Source: Gammaproteobacteria bacterium (GTDB lineage: Bacteria > Pseudomonadota > Gammaproteobacteria > Magnimaribacterales > AG-339-G14). Taken from it: DNA of 64,000 nt. The stretch is from NCBI GenBank assembly GCA_038141925.1, contig JAYQJB010000002.1:152214-216213 (forward strand), given 5' to 3'. The notes under the pieces were generated by a model. That model was given only the letters and a program-made list of their open reading frames with translations, was not told the DNA's origin and made no database searches. This document shows positions 22,250 to 33,756 of this stretch, piece after piece. Both the position numbers and the translations under genes were made by a program. Within the stretch, counting starts at the first letter, position 1. Each line of letters starts with the position of its first letter.

Positions 22250-23097
22250 TTTTTTCCTTCTCTTAATTCCTCGATTATGCCTCTAAAAAAAGCAAAATAT
22301 TTAGATCTTTTTCTTTGAGAAAAAAATCATCTCCAAAGAAACAGCTGCATTATAGCGATTGAGAAACATTTAATACGATAATTTTTTACATTATATTTTT
22401 TCATAGAATAAACTCTTGATTTCCCCATATGAAATCCCTTAAGAGCTGCTATGTAAGGACTCCTTGATGAGGAAGTGCCACCTTGATGAAAAATTTGGGC
22501 TTTAGGATAATAAATCAAAGGGCCGATTTCTTTTTTAAGTCTTAAAGTTAAATCGTCGTCTTCGTGATATAAAAATATGTTCTCATCAAATCCGCCTACT
22601 TTTAAATAATTTTCTTTCTTAAGAAAAATAGCAGCTCCTCCCATTACTGGGATTTCACTTACCTTATTAGGAGCTTTTTTGAGCCATTTTTTCTTGTCTA
22701 ATAAAATTGAACGACGCTTGAATTCTTTTTATTTTTTTTCCGATAATTTTGGGAGTAAAAGCTGAGGCATTTGGAATTTCAACTACAGCATTTATAAGAT
22801 TGCCAATGCAGTCTTTATGCAAAAATCGTGTCAGGATTTAATAAAAAGATAAAATCTTTAGTAGCCTCTTTTACCCCGATATTACATGCAGTACCGAAAA
22901 ACCTTTATTTTCTGGATTTTTTATTTCCTTAAATTTTTTAATTTTTTTAAGCCTTTCTAGGCTTTGATCTGAAGAATTATTTACAATTATTAATTCAACA
23001 TTCTCAGGTATAGAGGGAAAAAGTGATATTGAAAGGCGGCTTCACTTTTAAAACTAACAATGATTACGGAAACATTTGAGTCATCTCTATCTGTCAC
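22246..23097 (-). CDS. Glycosyltransferase family 2 (rhamnosyltransferase-like; several indels)
   Basis: VSVIIVS, GFGTACNIG, FINPD, GGFDENIFLYHEDDDL, HQGGTSS read across frames. Confidence 0.8.
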
Positions 23098-23105
23098 GAT
23101 TAAAT

Positions 23106-23789
23106 TTAAAGCAAGTAAGGGATCAATCTTGCTTTAACCTTTTTACAGTAATCTTCATATCCTTCTAAATCATTAAGAAGAGTTTTTTCTTCAATGCTTA
23201 TTCTTGACCTTAAAGCTATTGCTAAAAATATCAAGGCTTAGTGTTAGTGATAGATAAGTTCCTAACCAAACATTTACTCCGGTTATAAAAAAAATAAAGC
23301 CGGTATACATCGGATGTCTAACTTTAGAATAAATACCTGTGTCTATAACTTTCTGACCTCTTTCTTCTTGAATGTTTACAGTAGTTTCTGCAAACTCATT
23401 TGCATTCATTGAAGCCATAAATAAAAGCATGCCAATGAAATAAAAACCCAAACCAATATTTTTTATATTGCCTTCAAAAGTAGACGAAAGGTTTAAATGA
23501 AATATATCTATCGGCGCTAAAGAAAGTCCTACAACAATTGCAGATAACATCAAAACTGTTGCCAGCCTATCTTCTTTCGGTTGAGCCTCTGAATCGTAAT
23601 TCATTCGAGCTTCTATGCTTGCCGGTTTTACAATGAGTAAATATGCAGAAGCCAGAATAGTTATTGAGAAAGTGAATAGATAGAAATAAAAGTGCGTCAG
23701 CCCAATTTAAGGTTAAGGCAGGTAAATATAAAAAACACCCAACAATGCAGTCTGAAAAAGTATCCAAAAAAAGTTTTTACCCATAACAT
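23106..23789 (-). CDS. ICMT/PEMT-family membrane methyltransferase, full length (indels)
   Basis: N-terminal TM region, then ANEFAETTVNIQEERGQKVIDTGIYSKVRHPMY and C-terminal KVKARLIPYLL-stop. Confidence 0.82.
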
Positions 23790-23825
23790 GATCTTCACCT
23801 AAATCATGTTAGCAAATATTAGCGG

Positions 23826-24663
23826 TTAGTTGTTTTTAACTAAAAACTTTTCAACTGCCTCGGAAAAAATATCATTTTTATCGCCTGCAACCATATGCGC
23901 TGCATCATTGATTTCTTCAAATTCAGCATGAGAAACAATATTTAAAAAAAAATTTTTATCTTCTTCTGTCAATACATCACTAAGCCCGCCCCTAATAAGC
24001 AATGTGGGTTTGTCTAAGGACTTAGCTGCATCTTCTAAGTGGCCAAAATATTCTTTTATGTCTTGATCTTGCCTTCCTTGAAGAAATTTAGGATCCCAGT
24101 GCCAATAAAATCTATCTTCCTTTTTTCTTAAGTTTTTATTAAGTCCGGTTAAGTCTTTTGGTTTTTCTCTGTGAGGCAAAAATTCGGATATGTAATTTGC
24201 AGCCTCTTCCAGAGACGCAAAACCATCTGCTGCGGACCGCATAAACTCTACAACTTTGTCCGATCCTTCTTGATTTGGATAAATGCCTATATCTACCATA
24301 ATAAGGGTTTTGCATAATTTTGAATGATTTGGGTCTCCGGCTAGTGATAAAGAAGTCATACCTCCTAAAGAAGCTCCAACTAAATTAGCCGGTTGATCAA
24401 AGTTTTCAATAATTGAAATTAAATCTTCCTTATGGTGATGAATTCTGTAATTTCCCTCTTCTGACCAAAAACTATCTCCGTGACCTCTAAGGTCATAGGT
24501 GATGACAAAAAATCCTTTTTGAGAAATGCTTTCAGCAGCTTTGTCCCAGGCAAATCTTGTTTGTCCCCCGCCATGCAAAAAAACCACTAGTGGGTTTGAC
24601 TCTTTCACCAAATACAGAGGCGGCAATGTCTCTCCCTTCAAGATTTTTAAAAGTTTTAAACAT
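23826..24663 (-). CDS. Alpha/beta hydrolase
   Basis: LHGGGQT, DLRGHGDS, GASLGG nucleophile elbow, AAHMVAGD. Confidence 0.88.
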
Positions 24664-24672
24664 CTATTTTTT

Positions 24673-25238
24673 TTAGATCCACTCAGTTACGAATTCTGAA
24701 GTATCCATTTCAGGAATCTTTTTTCTGTTTTCCCGTGGCAGTGCCGACATAAAGATAGCCAATTACTTTTTGATTATCATTTAACTTGAGATATTTTTGA
24801 ATTTTTTCATTTAATGCAAATACTCCGGTTCTCCACATGCCTGCATAATTAAGAGCATTTAAAGCGAGCAATATATTTTCTGCACAGCTGCAGCAGTTGA
24901 AAGCATTTGTTCAATTTCAGGAACCTTGGGGTGAATTTTTATTTCAGAAATTAAAATAATTATCATCGGTGCACGAAAAGGTGCCTCTTTATATTTTTGT
25001 AAAGTCTCATCTGTGACGCCCTCTATATTTTCCTTTGCATAATCTACAAAAAACTGCGGAAAGTTTTTCTAAGCCTTGACCTGTAACTTGAATAAATCTT
25101 GAAGGTCTTTGCCAAAGCATGATCAGGAGCTCTAAGTGCTGCCTGATAAATAATCTCCATCTCTTCTTGGGAAGGGTGAGGCTTGGAAAGCTCTCTTGGA
25201 GAGTTTCTATTTAGTATGTTTTTTAGCGCCTCATTCAT
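24673..25238 (-). CDS. Nitroreductase (YdjA-like; indels)
   Basis: RNSPR, AALRAPDH, then APFRAP, HPKVPEIEQ, YAGMWRTG, YLYVGT in other frames. Confidence 0.82.
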
Positions 25239-25305
25239 TTGTTTTAAAGCAGCTTATCTTGCAAACAGTTCAATAAGTTCTGTATCGAGCGAGAAATCGA
25301 CTAAG

Positions 25306-27216
25306 CTATTTATTAAAATTATTACTATTAAGTTCAAGACCTTGGAGATCGCCTTTATCACGCCACTTTTTCATTAATTTAAAAAAAGTTCAATGCTCCG
25401 CCGCCATAAGGGTTATTTTGTGGAGCTTGCATAGGCTTCCCTTCGTTATTGTAGTAACCAGGTGTACAGCTTTCTTGAAAACTCAGCATGTCCCTTGAAT
25501 TATCTATGATAGTTTTGACCCAATTTGCTTCTCCTTCTTTGGAAGCTTCAACTAAAGTCATATTCTTTTCTTTCATGGTTTTCAGAATATAAGCTAAATG
25601 AATGCTTTGCTCATCCAAAGAGTGCGTATAGTTTGCAGTAAAGCCAGCTTGCTGAGGCCCAAAGAAAAAACTGTTTGGAAAACCCCTGCTATGCATACCA
25701 TGCATAGTGGAAAGACCATCTTTCCATTTATCCATTATTGAGAGACCTTCTCTTCCATAAATCTCATAACCACTTCTTCTGGTGTAGTCAGTCCCCACCT
25801 CAAAACCTGTAGCAAATATGATGCAATCAACTTCATATTCTTTGCCGTCGAAGAAGATGCCTTTTTCTGTAATTTTATCTAGGCCCTTGCCTTGAGTGTC
25901 TACTAAAGACACATTTTCGCGATTGTAAGTATCTAAGTATTCATCATGGAAACATGGACGTTTACAAAACTGTCGATAGTAGGGTTTTAAAGATTCTGCT
26001 ACGTTTGGATCTTTTACAATCTCTTCAGCTCTTGCTCTTATTTGTTCCATTTTTGCGAAATCTACCATTTCAACTTTATTTGAAATATTTTCTTTTCCTA
26101 CAAAATTCATGAATTTATCTGCCATATATGGCTTCAGGCCTTTTTTATAAAAATCTTTATTTAATGGCGCAAGTATTGCCCATGAAGCCATTCTTAGTTT
26201 GGAAGGGCCTGATGACCTAAATGCAGCCAATATGGTTCTAAAAATTTCAGTCCAACCATCGTTTACTAAATCTTCCCCACTGAATTCTCCTGCTAAAAAT
26301 CCTTCAAAGTTAGCTCTTCTTTTTCATGCCACCCAGGCTTCATGGAATTAAACCAGGCTTCGTCGGTTTCTCTATTTGCTCTTACGTCTATCGACGAAGG
26401 TGTTCTTTGAAAAACATAAAGCTCTTTTGCAGATGCTCCCAAATGCGGAATACACTGCACAGCAGTTGCTCCTGTGCCAATGATGGCTACTTTTTTATCG
26501 GAAAGATTTTTCAGGTCTCCGTGAGACGATCCTCCAGTATATTCGTAGTCCCAACGACTGGTATGAAAAGTATGTCCTTTGTAGTCATTAATTCCGTCTA
26601 TTGCAGGCAGCTTTGGTCTATTCAAAGGTCCATTTGAGTGAACCACAAAATTTGCAGTAATTTCATCGCCTTTGTTGGTTTTAATGGTCCATAATCCAGA
26701 ATCGTCCGACCACTTCGTCTCAGTGACTTCTGTTTGCAAAATTGAGTTTTCGTAAAGCTTAAACTTTTCAGCAATAACCCCACAGTACTCTAGAGTCTCA
26801 GGAGCATTGGTATATTTTCTTTTGGGGACAAAGCCAGTTTCTTCAAGCAACGGAAAATAAATATAAGATTCAATGTCACATGAAGCTCCAGGATATCTGT
26901 TCCAATACCAAGTCCCTCCAAAATCTCCACCTTTTTCAATGATTTTAAAATCATCAAATCCTGCTTCTCTTATTCTTGCAGCAGCAAGCATTCCACCAAA
27001 ACCACCGCCGATGATTGCAATTTCAGTATGAAGTTTTAAAGATGCCCTTTCTGTCTTTTCTTCAACATATGGATCTTCTACAAAATAGGAGAAATCTCCT
27101 TTTACTTCCTTATATTGGTCGTTGCCGTCAGAGCGAAGACGTTTATCTCTTTCCTCTCTGTACTTTTGACGAAGTTTTTCCGGATCAAAATCAAATTTTT
27201 CTATATTTGCTGCCAT
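25306..27216 (-). CDS. Baeyer-Villiger/flavin-containing monooxygenase (indels)
   Basis: GGGFGG, GGTWYWNRYPGASCD, YKGHTFHTSRW fingerprint, IIGTGATAVQ, CKRPCFHDEY, ATGF, CTPGYYNNEG. Confidence 0.9.
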
Positions 27217-27262
27217 ATTAAATTACCTTAATAAAATGTAAAAAAAATATAACTTATGACAT

Positions 27263-28492
27263 TCATCGTGTCAAAAGATTGTTTTTTTGAAAAGAATTTT
27301 GTAAGAAAAATAGAAATAATAGGTTTATAGACAAGTATCCTGCCAAAGGCAGAATATATTTGTTCGCTTCAGGAAAGAAAAAAGAAGTTAGGAAAACTCC
27401 TATTAAAAAAACTATTCTGAAAGCATCTGCCAGCAAAGCCTTCTTACTGTCCAACCACAAAGAAACACAATATGCTGTTGAAACCATTGCTATAGCAACA
27501 ACAATACCTTGCAGTAGGTTCATTTCGCCCAGTTCAATAAAGACTGTGCTGATAAGAGACACGAATATCAGTTGGAAAAAAGCATAACTTTTGGAAGCAA
27601 AAGAGGAATTAGGATTGTATTTTTCAAAATTATGAACATCAAAATCTGTTTTTGGAGATAAATGACCTGAATCGGTTGGAATCCACCTGGTTGGTGCAAT
27701 CAAGACATAAAGTTTATCTTTAAGATTTTTTGTATGAAATATTTCTCTAAGCATCTTCACATAAATATGAAGATTTGCCCAAACAGGATTAAAGGTTTTT
27801 AAAGGGCCTCTTATGCCATAGATAGGAGAAACATTATCTTCCTCCTCCTTGAAAGTTCCGAATAATCTATCCCAAATAATAAATACCCCGCCATAATTCT
27901 TATCTATGTATTCCTCATTTTGAGCATGATGAACTCTGTGATTAGAAGGAGAAACGAAAAATAACTCGAACCATCCTAATTTAGAAACATGTTCTGTGTG
28001 AACCCAAAATTGATAAATCAAATTAATGGAAGCTACCGAAACAAAAACATAAGAATGCACACAGATAATGAAAAGCGGAATATAAAATACCCAAGTCAAA
28101 AAGAAACCTGTGCCAGTCTGTCTTAAAGCCGTAGATAAATTGTAATCCTCGCTTTGGTGATGAGCCACATGCGATGCCCAAAAAATTTGTCTCTCGTGAC
28201 TAATTCTATGAAACCAATAATAGAAAAAGTCATAGGCAATAAAGGCAACAATCCAAGTAAGAATTGAACTTGAATCCCATCTTGGCAATGAAAAATGTGT
28301 TTCCACAAAGAAGAAAACTGCCCCTCCTAACCCGATTTTCAATGCCGAACTAGTAGACCGAAGAGCTCCCATAAACATACTAGACAAAGCATCATTGGCT
28401 CGGTAAGTATTATTATTTTTTAACCATCCATAAGATAGTTCTATTAGGATGGCTAATAAGAAAAACGGAACTGCATACGGAACATAATCCAT
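27263..28492 (-). CDS. Sterol desaturase/fatty-acid hydroxylase family, alkylglycerol monooxygenase-like
   Basis: YYWFHRISH, WASHVAHHQSEDYNLSTALRQ, YQFWVHT, HRVHH, DKNYGG. Confidence 0.87.
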   Translation of the reverse strand: MDYVPYAVPFFLLAILIELSYGWLKNNNTYRANDALSSMFMGALRSTSSALKIGLGGAVFFFVETHFSLPRWDSSSILTWIVAFIAYDFFYYWFHRISHERQIFWASHVAHHQSEDYNLSTALRQTGTGFFLTWVFYIPLFIICVHSYVFVSVASINLIYQFWVHTEHVSKLGWFELFFVSPSNHRVHHAQNEEYIDKNYGGVFIIWDRLFGTFKEEEDNVSPIYGIRGPLKTFNPVWANLHIYVKMLREIFHTKNLKDKLYVLIAPTRWIPTDSGHLSPKTDFDVHNFEKYNPNSSFASKSYAFFQLIFVSLISTVFIELGEMNLLQGIVVAIAMVSTAYCVSLWLDSKKALLADAFRIVFLIGVFLTSFFFPEANKYILPLAGYLSINLLFLFFLQNSFQKNNLLTR

Positions 28493-28497
28493 AAATT

Positions 28498-28887
28498 CTA
28501 TAGTTGTTTAATTGCGCAAAGCTTGTTGCCTGAAGGATCTCTCAAATAAGCTAAGTACATTTTCATGCCTTCAAATTCTCTAACACCAGGCGCATCTTCA
28601 ATGGAAACTCCGCCAGCTTCAAGGCCTGCTGCATGCCATTTATCTCCTTGAGCTTCATCTTCTATATTAAATCCAATAGTTGAGCCATTTCCTGCAGAAG
28701 CTGGCTCCCCATCAATAGGCTCTGAAATACAAAAAGTCATTCCCTCTAAAAAATAAAAGTATCGAGTTTGACCAGTAAGATTTGGAACCATTAGTCCTGG
28801 TTTTGCACCTAAAACTCCTAAAACATTGTCATAAAAAGTTTTAGATTCCTCAATATCATTTGCTCCAACCATAATATGACTAAACAT
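28498..28887 (-). CDS. VOC/glyoxalase family protein
   Basis: MFSHIMVG, GNGSTIGF, YLAYLRDPSGNKLCA. Confidence 0.88.
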   Translation of the reverse strand: MFSHIMVGANDIEESKTFYDNVLGVLGAKPGLMVPNLTGQTRYFYFLEGMTFCISEPIDGEPASAGNGSTIGFNIEDEAQGDKWHAAGLEAGGVSIEDAPGVREFEGMKMYLAYLRDPSGNKLCAIKQL

Positions 28888-28915
28888 AATTTCCCCTGTA
28901 ATTTATTTTTAATTT

Positions 28916-29782
28916 TTAGTAGGGTCTGTCGCCTACGACTGTAACCCTTTCAACTTTTCTTACTTGCGGCCAATAATCTGATACAGCATAGTGTTGGCAC
29001 GCTCTATTATCCCAAAAAGCAATCGAATCCTTTTCCCAAATAAATCGACACTGGTACTCAGGTATTGCCGCTTGAGCATATAAAAAATCTAGCATAATGG
29101 AAGATTCTGTAGCATCCCAGTCTTTTATATATTGTGTGAAAGCTTTGTTTACGTATATAACTTTTTGTTTTGTATCTGGATGAGTTCGAATCACAGGATG
29201 TTCAGGGCTTGGATACTTTTGATTAAAAGCCTCTATTTCAGCGTCGCTTTTTCCTTGCTTGATCAATCTTTGTCTAAAACCAGCAAAATCATGAACAGCG
29301 ATTGCTCCTTCTAATTTTTTTTTCACTTCTTCTGGCAGTCCGTCATAAGCCAGGCACATGTCTGAAAATAAAGTATCGCCTCCAACCTGAGGACCTTCGA
29401 TCATGCGCAGAATAGATCCCAGCGATGGCTCTTCTCTCCAAGTCACATCAGAGTGCCAAGTGTTTTCTCTACCTCTACTCTTTTCGTTGTGAGTTATGCT
29501 GAGAACCTCTGGGTGTCCTTCTTTGTAAGGAGCAAAAGGATGAACTTCCAGTTCTCCAAAGTTTTTTGCGAACTTTAAATGTTCCTCGGTAGAGAGATTT
29601 TGTTCGCGAAAGAAAATTACTTTGTAGGTAAGAAGAGCTTGGTAGATTGATTGATAGGTTTTTTTATCTAGATCTTGTCTTAAATCAATATCCAAAAGCT
29701 CTGCTCCAATATTTGGAGACAAACGATTTACCTTAAAAGGTAAATCTTGGAGTTCAAAGTCTTCAGCGCTTAAAACTTTCAT
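28916..29782 (-). CDS. TauD/TfdA family 2-oxoglutarate dioxygenase
   Basis: WHSDVT, GGDTLF, HPVIRTHP, WDNRACQHYA. Confidence 0.9.
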   Translation of the reverse strand: MKVLSAEDFELQDLPFKVNRLSPNIGAELLDIDLRQDLDKKTYQSIYQALLTYKVIFFREQNLSTEEHLKFAKNFGELEVHPFAPYKEGHPEVLSITHNEKSRGRENTWHSDVTWREEPSLGSILRMIEGPQVGGDTLFSDMCLAYDGLPEEVKKKLEGAIAVHDFAGFRQRLIKQGKSDAEIEAFNQKYPSPEHPVIRTHPDTKQKVIYVNKAFTQYIKDWDATESSIMLDFLYAQAAIPEYQCRFIWEKDSIAFWDNRACQHYAVSDYWPQVRKVERVTVVGDRPY

Positions 29783-29840
29783 TAAATATAGATTAAGAAA
29801 TTTAAAGCATTTTTACAACTATCCAAACAGTTGAAAATAT

Positions 29841-30464
29841 TTAAGACCTTATTCGCTCAACAATGAGCCCAAAGAGCAATAAGAAAACAAAAAGAGCTAG
29901 CCTTAAATCAGTTATAAATGGAGTTTCCACAGGAATAGCTATGGTCTTGTCTAATGCCTCAACTTTGTATTCGTGTCTTTCATCAAAAATAGGATTCAAC
30001 CCAATTTCAAACAAGTCTCTTCTGCTTCTGTATCTAAATATAGCAACTATGTCCCACTCCTCCATTCCTTGAGCAGCGACAATATCTAACGCAGGATTTA
30101 AAACATAAGTAAAAAATACTGGGTGTGAGGCTCTTTTAAACTGTTGTGGCCACATATATTCCATATAGTGCATCTGGAGATCTAATGAAGTTGCTCCCTC
30201 TCCAGTGGCTTCCATTGTTCGTGGTGATTCATTCCTATCTAGAAAGTTCACCATATAAAAGTCTTTGCCATCGTCCTCGCTCATAAACTTGAAGGCAGTT
30301 TCCCATTGCTCAGAATCTCTTCTATCAGAATTACTTTCCTCGAAGATTTTTTTATAGGTTTCAATCTCCTGATCTGTAAGAGGACCGGATAAGTTCGTGT
30401 ACCAGAGAAAAAAAACTATATATACAACTACGATAGGAAGCCAAAGCTTAATATTAAATTTCAT
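29841..30464 (-). CDS. Hypothetical membrane-anchored protein
   Basis: 207-aa intact ORF; TM at both ends; DDGKDFYMVN and RYRSRRD motifs. Confidence 0.7.
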   Translation of the reverse strand: MKFNIKLWLPIVVVYIVFFLWYTNLSGPLTDQEIETYKKIFEESNSDRRDSEQWETAFKFMSEDDGKDFYMVNFLDRNESPRTMEATGEGATSLDLQMHYMEYMWPQQFKRASHPVFFTYVLNPALDIVAAQGMEEWDIVAIFRYRSRRDLFEIGLNPIFDERHEYKVEALDKTIAIPVETPFITDLRLALFVFLLLFGLIVERIRS

Positions 30465-30474
30465 TACAGCCCTC

Positions 30475-31263
30475 TTAGTTTTTTAAAAACATTACCATTT
30501 TATGTCTTTTAGGCCTTCGATTTTTAAACTCTGCAATCGAAGTTTCTTTAAAGTTTGAATTTCTGCCTCCAGAAAAGCTACTTCCTAAAATATACGCTTT
30601 GCTGTATCCGCAATCTTGCAAAATTTGTATTGAAGCTAAACAGTTCTGTAAATTTCTTGTCATCTCCATTTCCAAAGAAACTACTGGAGAATCAGAAAGA
30701 AGAATATCTTTAGCCCCTCTAAGAGCAGCCTCTTCATGTCCTTCTATATCTATTTTTAAGTAAGATATTTTGCCTAAATTATTTTCAGACTTAAAATTAT
30801 CAAGTTTCTCAACTTGAAAGATTTCATTTGAATCCAAATCTTCAACAATTTTGCCCGAACTAAGATTTCCTTTATCAACAAAAGCTTTTAAAGCCTCTTT
30901 TTTATCAGACAGTCCTAAATTAAGTGGCGAAACGTTACTGACTGATGAAGCATTAATCTCCAAAAGCTTAAAAACTTCTTTATTTGGTTCAAAAGAAAAA
31001 ACTCTATCGAAGATTCTTGAAAAGAATAATGAGTGATTGCCAATGTTAGCTCCCGCGTCTATGCAAATCTTTTTGTCGAGTTGCATTGACAAAAAAAACT
31101 TTTCTACGGCGTAAAGCTCTCTTTTCTCAAACCATCCATCTAGAATGATTTTTTGGGTTATATAGTCATTTGCAAAAGTAGCAATTGGCAGATTGATTAA
31201 AGAACTTTTCTTTGCAGCGCGTCTTAATGCTCTGGAGAGAATAAATCTAGTAAGTAGATTCAT
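30475..31263 (-). CDS. FkbM family methyltransferase
   Basis: IDAGANIGNHS, SFEPN, LKIDIEGHE. Confidence 0.88.
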   Translation of the reverse strand: MNLLTRFILSRALRRAAKKSSLINLPIATFANDYITQKIILDGWFEKRELYAVEKFFLSMQLDKKICIDAGANIGNHSLFFSRIFDRVFSFEPNKEVFKLLEINASSVSNVSPLNLGLSDKKEALKAFVDKGNLSSGKIVEDLDSNEIFQVEKLDNFKSENNLGKISYLKIDIEGHEEAALRGAKDILLSDSPVVSLEMEMTRNLQNCLASIQILQDCGYSKAYILGSSFSGGRNSNFKETSIAEFKNRRPKRHKMVMFLKN

Positions 31264-31295
31264 GATGATTACTAAATATGTTTATCTTATTGTGC

Positions 31296-31844
31296 ATTAG
31301 TTTTTGTTTGCCAAAATTTAAGCATCTTTAATTGGTATCGTCATTTGCAAAAAAGTGATGGTAAATGGCTGCAAGTATGTGAATCGCAATTAGAAGGATA
31401 ATCGCATTGGTGCAAAACTCATGGAAATCTCTAATTAAATGAAAGTTACTTTGATTGTGAGTGCAAAAGAAAGATCAATACCCCAAAAACAACAATCGGG
31501 TCAGAGGCAAAACTAGCCATTGAAATTCCAGAAATAATTAACCCAAACATTAAAAAATATAAAGAATAATGTCCTATTTTTGCTGAGTAAATTTGCCAAT
31601 TCAGGCATAGACTGATGGTAATTTTGGTGCCCCATGATTGTATCGTAAAGGATTATCTCTCAATATAAATAAAAAAGTGACAATGATTCCAGCTGTAGCA
31701 TGATCGGCTCGAGATTCAAGTCTGTCCCATAACTCCATATTGCCTCCAAATTTTTGAGCGACATTTAAGATCCAACATGATAATTATAGCCATAAGCCAA
31801 TGAATTATTTTTTGAGTCTTTGTATAATCTATAAAGAAAAACAT
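31296..31844 (-). CDS. Cytochrome b561-like protein (several indels; absent from ORF track)
   Basis: Manual translation: KIIHWLMA..DHATAG..KIGHYSLY..FHE..IHILAAIYHHF heme-ligand His pattern. Confidence 0.75.
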
Positions 31845-32232
31845 TTAATCTAAATCAATTGAATATTTTAAAACTCTGCTTCAATCTCTAAATCTATAAT
31901 TTTTTTGATAAAGATTTCTTATTTGTTCTTCTTCAAATAAATTTTTGGAGCTTTGTTAAACTCATAAGCTTCTTTCCATCTTTCTGCACAAACACACCAG
32001 TGATCGCCTTCTTTTAAGCCCAGGAAAATTAAATTCTTCTCTTGGGGTTGAAAGATCATTACCTCGAGATTTAGAAAACTCTAAAAAATCTTTGGTCATA
32101 TAGGCACAAACAACATGCAGCCCTCTGATCTAAATTATCTGTGTGACAAAATCCATCACGAAAAAATCCAGTAATGGGATTTGAACAACATTCCTCTATT
32201 TCTTCTTCAAAAACATTAAATTGCTTTTCCAT
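31845..32232 (-). CDS. DUF2237 family protein (indels; absent from ORF track)
   Basis: Manual translation: CCSNPITGFFRDGFC..HVVCA..FLEFSKSRGNDLSTP..FPGLK.GDHWCVCAERW. Confidence 0.8.
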
Positions 32233-32233
32233 T

Positions 32234-32616
32234 TTAATTTACAAGCAAGATTATAAGACAAACAATTAATGTGAATAGGGTTAGGATCACGCTGATTAGA
32301 TGCAGATACTTAAAACTTTTATCTCTTCCTTCATCTCTTGCTTTGTTTGTTGCCGGAACAATTAAATATGAAATACTCATGAATAAAAAAGAAAAAAAAA
32401 GTATTTGAAGCGAAAACGATCGCCAATTACTGATAAGACCAAACCTATGAGACTAAGAATCGCCACATTTAAAAATAATTTTGGAAAAATAACTCTTAAA
32501 AAAGGGCCAGCTTGTTCTTCAGAGTAAACTTTAAAAATAGTAGGAGCATTTAAAGCTGCTTGAAACAAAATCATGCCAGCCATAAGCCCGGAAAGAAAAG
32601 GATATAAATTGTTCAT
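32234..32616 (-). CDS. DUF4149-like membrane protein (frameshift)
   Basis: APTIFK..AGPFLRVIFP; later VPATNKARDEG..FKYLHLISVIL. Confidence 0.7.
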
Positions 32617-33391
32617 TGTTTGAACTCTCTTATTAATGACTTAGCCCAAAAAGATATGCGAGGACTATTTTTGGCATCTAAAATAAATTCTTGGCCTGGG
32701 CCAATATTCGTATCTACTAATAAATTATTTTTATCTTTCCATTTTAGTCTGTTTAAAAAGATGTTCCCATTTTTATTAGCAACTGAATCAAAATATTTCT
32801 TAGGAAATTGCCACATAGATTTTGAATAACCTGGAGCGGTTAAAACCAAGTCATTGGAAAATTTTTTGAATAAGCCAAAATTTTTTTTGGATACATAAAT
32901 TGTATTGTTTTTATATTCTTTATATTGAGGATCATGCGGGTGAGAAATATTGTTTCTTTTTAGGAATGTCGATATTTTTCTGTCTCCCTCTAATATTTCT
33001 TCAATTTGCAACCAGCCAAAAATCTTATGGACATTGACATTTGGATCATCCTTTTTTTAAACCAACCAAAAAATAAAAAAAGATCTCCTATGCCTACGCC
33101 ATTATTTTTAAGCTCTGATTGTGCACTTCCTGCCTGCCCAAAAAGACCAATTTTTTCGTTCAAAGCTGGATCGTAATGACAAAAATCTTCAGAAGTAACC
33201 TTTGTTGCTGAAACTTCTTTTAAAGCTTGATCTCCGTTAATGCCGTTGAATTTTAGTTCATTAAATTTTTTTGGGGATTTTCCATTTTGAGGAATAGGAA
33301 GAGAGAAAATATCGCCGTTTTTAAAAATTGGTGAGGGCCTGCCTCCATATTTTGAATCAAAACCTTTTCTGCTTAAAATAACTCTATTCAT
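32613..33391 (-). CDS. Nucleotide-modification-associated domain 3 (Nmad3)-like protein (frameshift near 33050)
   Basis: ILSRKGFDS.YGG.PSPIF..G.IFSLPIP, HYDP, FGQAGSAQS.L, GDLFLFFGWF, HPH, GQEF motifs recognised from memory of the family. Confidence 0.72.
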
Positions 33392-33407
33392 AAAATATTA
33401 TCTAACT

Positions 33408-33756
33408 ATGACCAAAGCTATACTTCTTCACAACCCTAGATGCAGTAAATCTAGACAAGCCCTAAAACTTCTTGAGCAAAAAAAGAAAATTTTGAATTTT
33501 CATGTATCTGGATGAGCAACTCGAAAAAGATTTTTTAAAGAAATAATTCAAAAACTTGGTATGAACCCCAAGAGATCTTTTGAGGACTGGAGAATCTGCA
33601 TATAAAGAAAATAATTTAAAAGATACAAATATTTCAGATGAAGAAATCATTAATTTAATGATTGAATATCCAAAACTTATTGAAAGACCAATTTACATAA
33701 AAAGGTCAAAGGCTATTGTTGGCAGGCCCCCAGAAGACGTTTTAAAAATCGTTTAA
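33408..33756 (+). CDS. Arsenate reductase (glutaredoxin-type ArsC/YffB family; indels)
   Basis: Manual translation MTKAILLHNPRCSKSRQAL..PKLIERPI..IVGRPPE. Confidence 0.85.
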
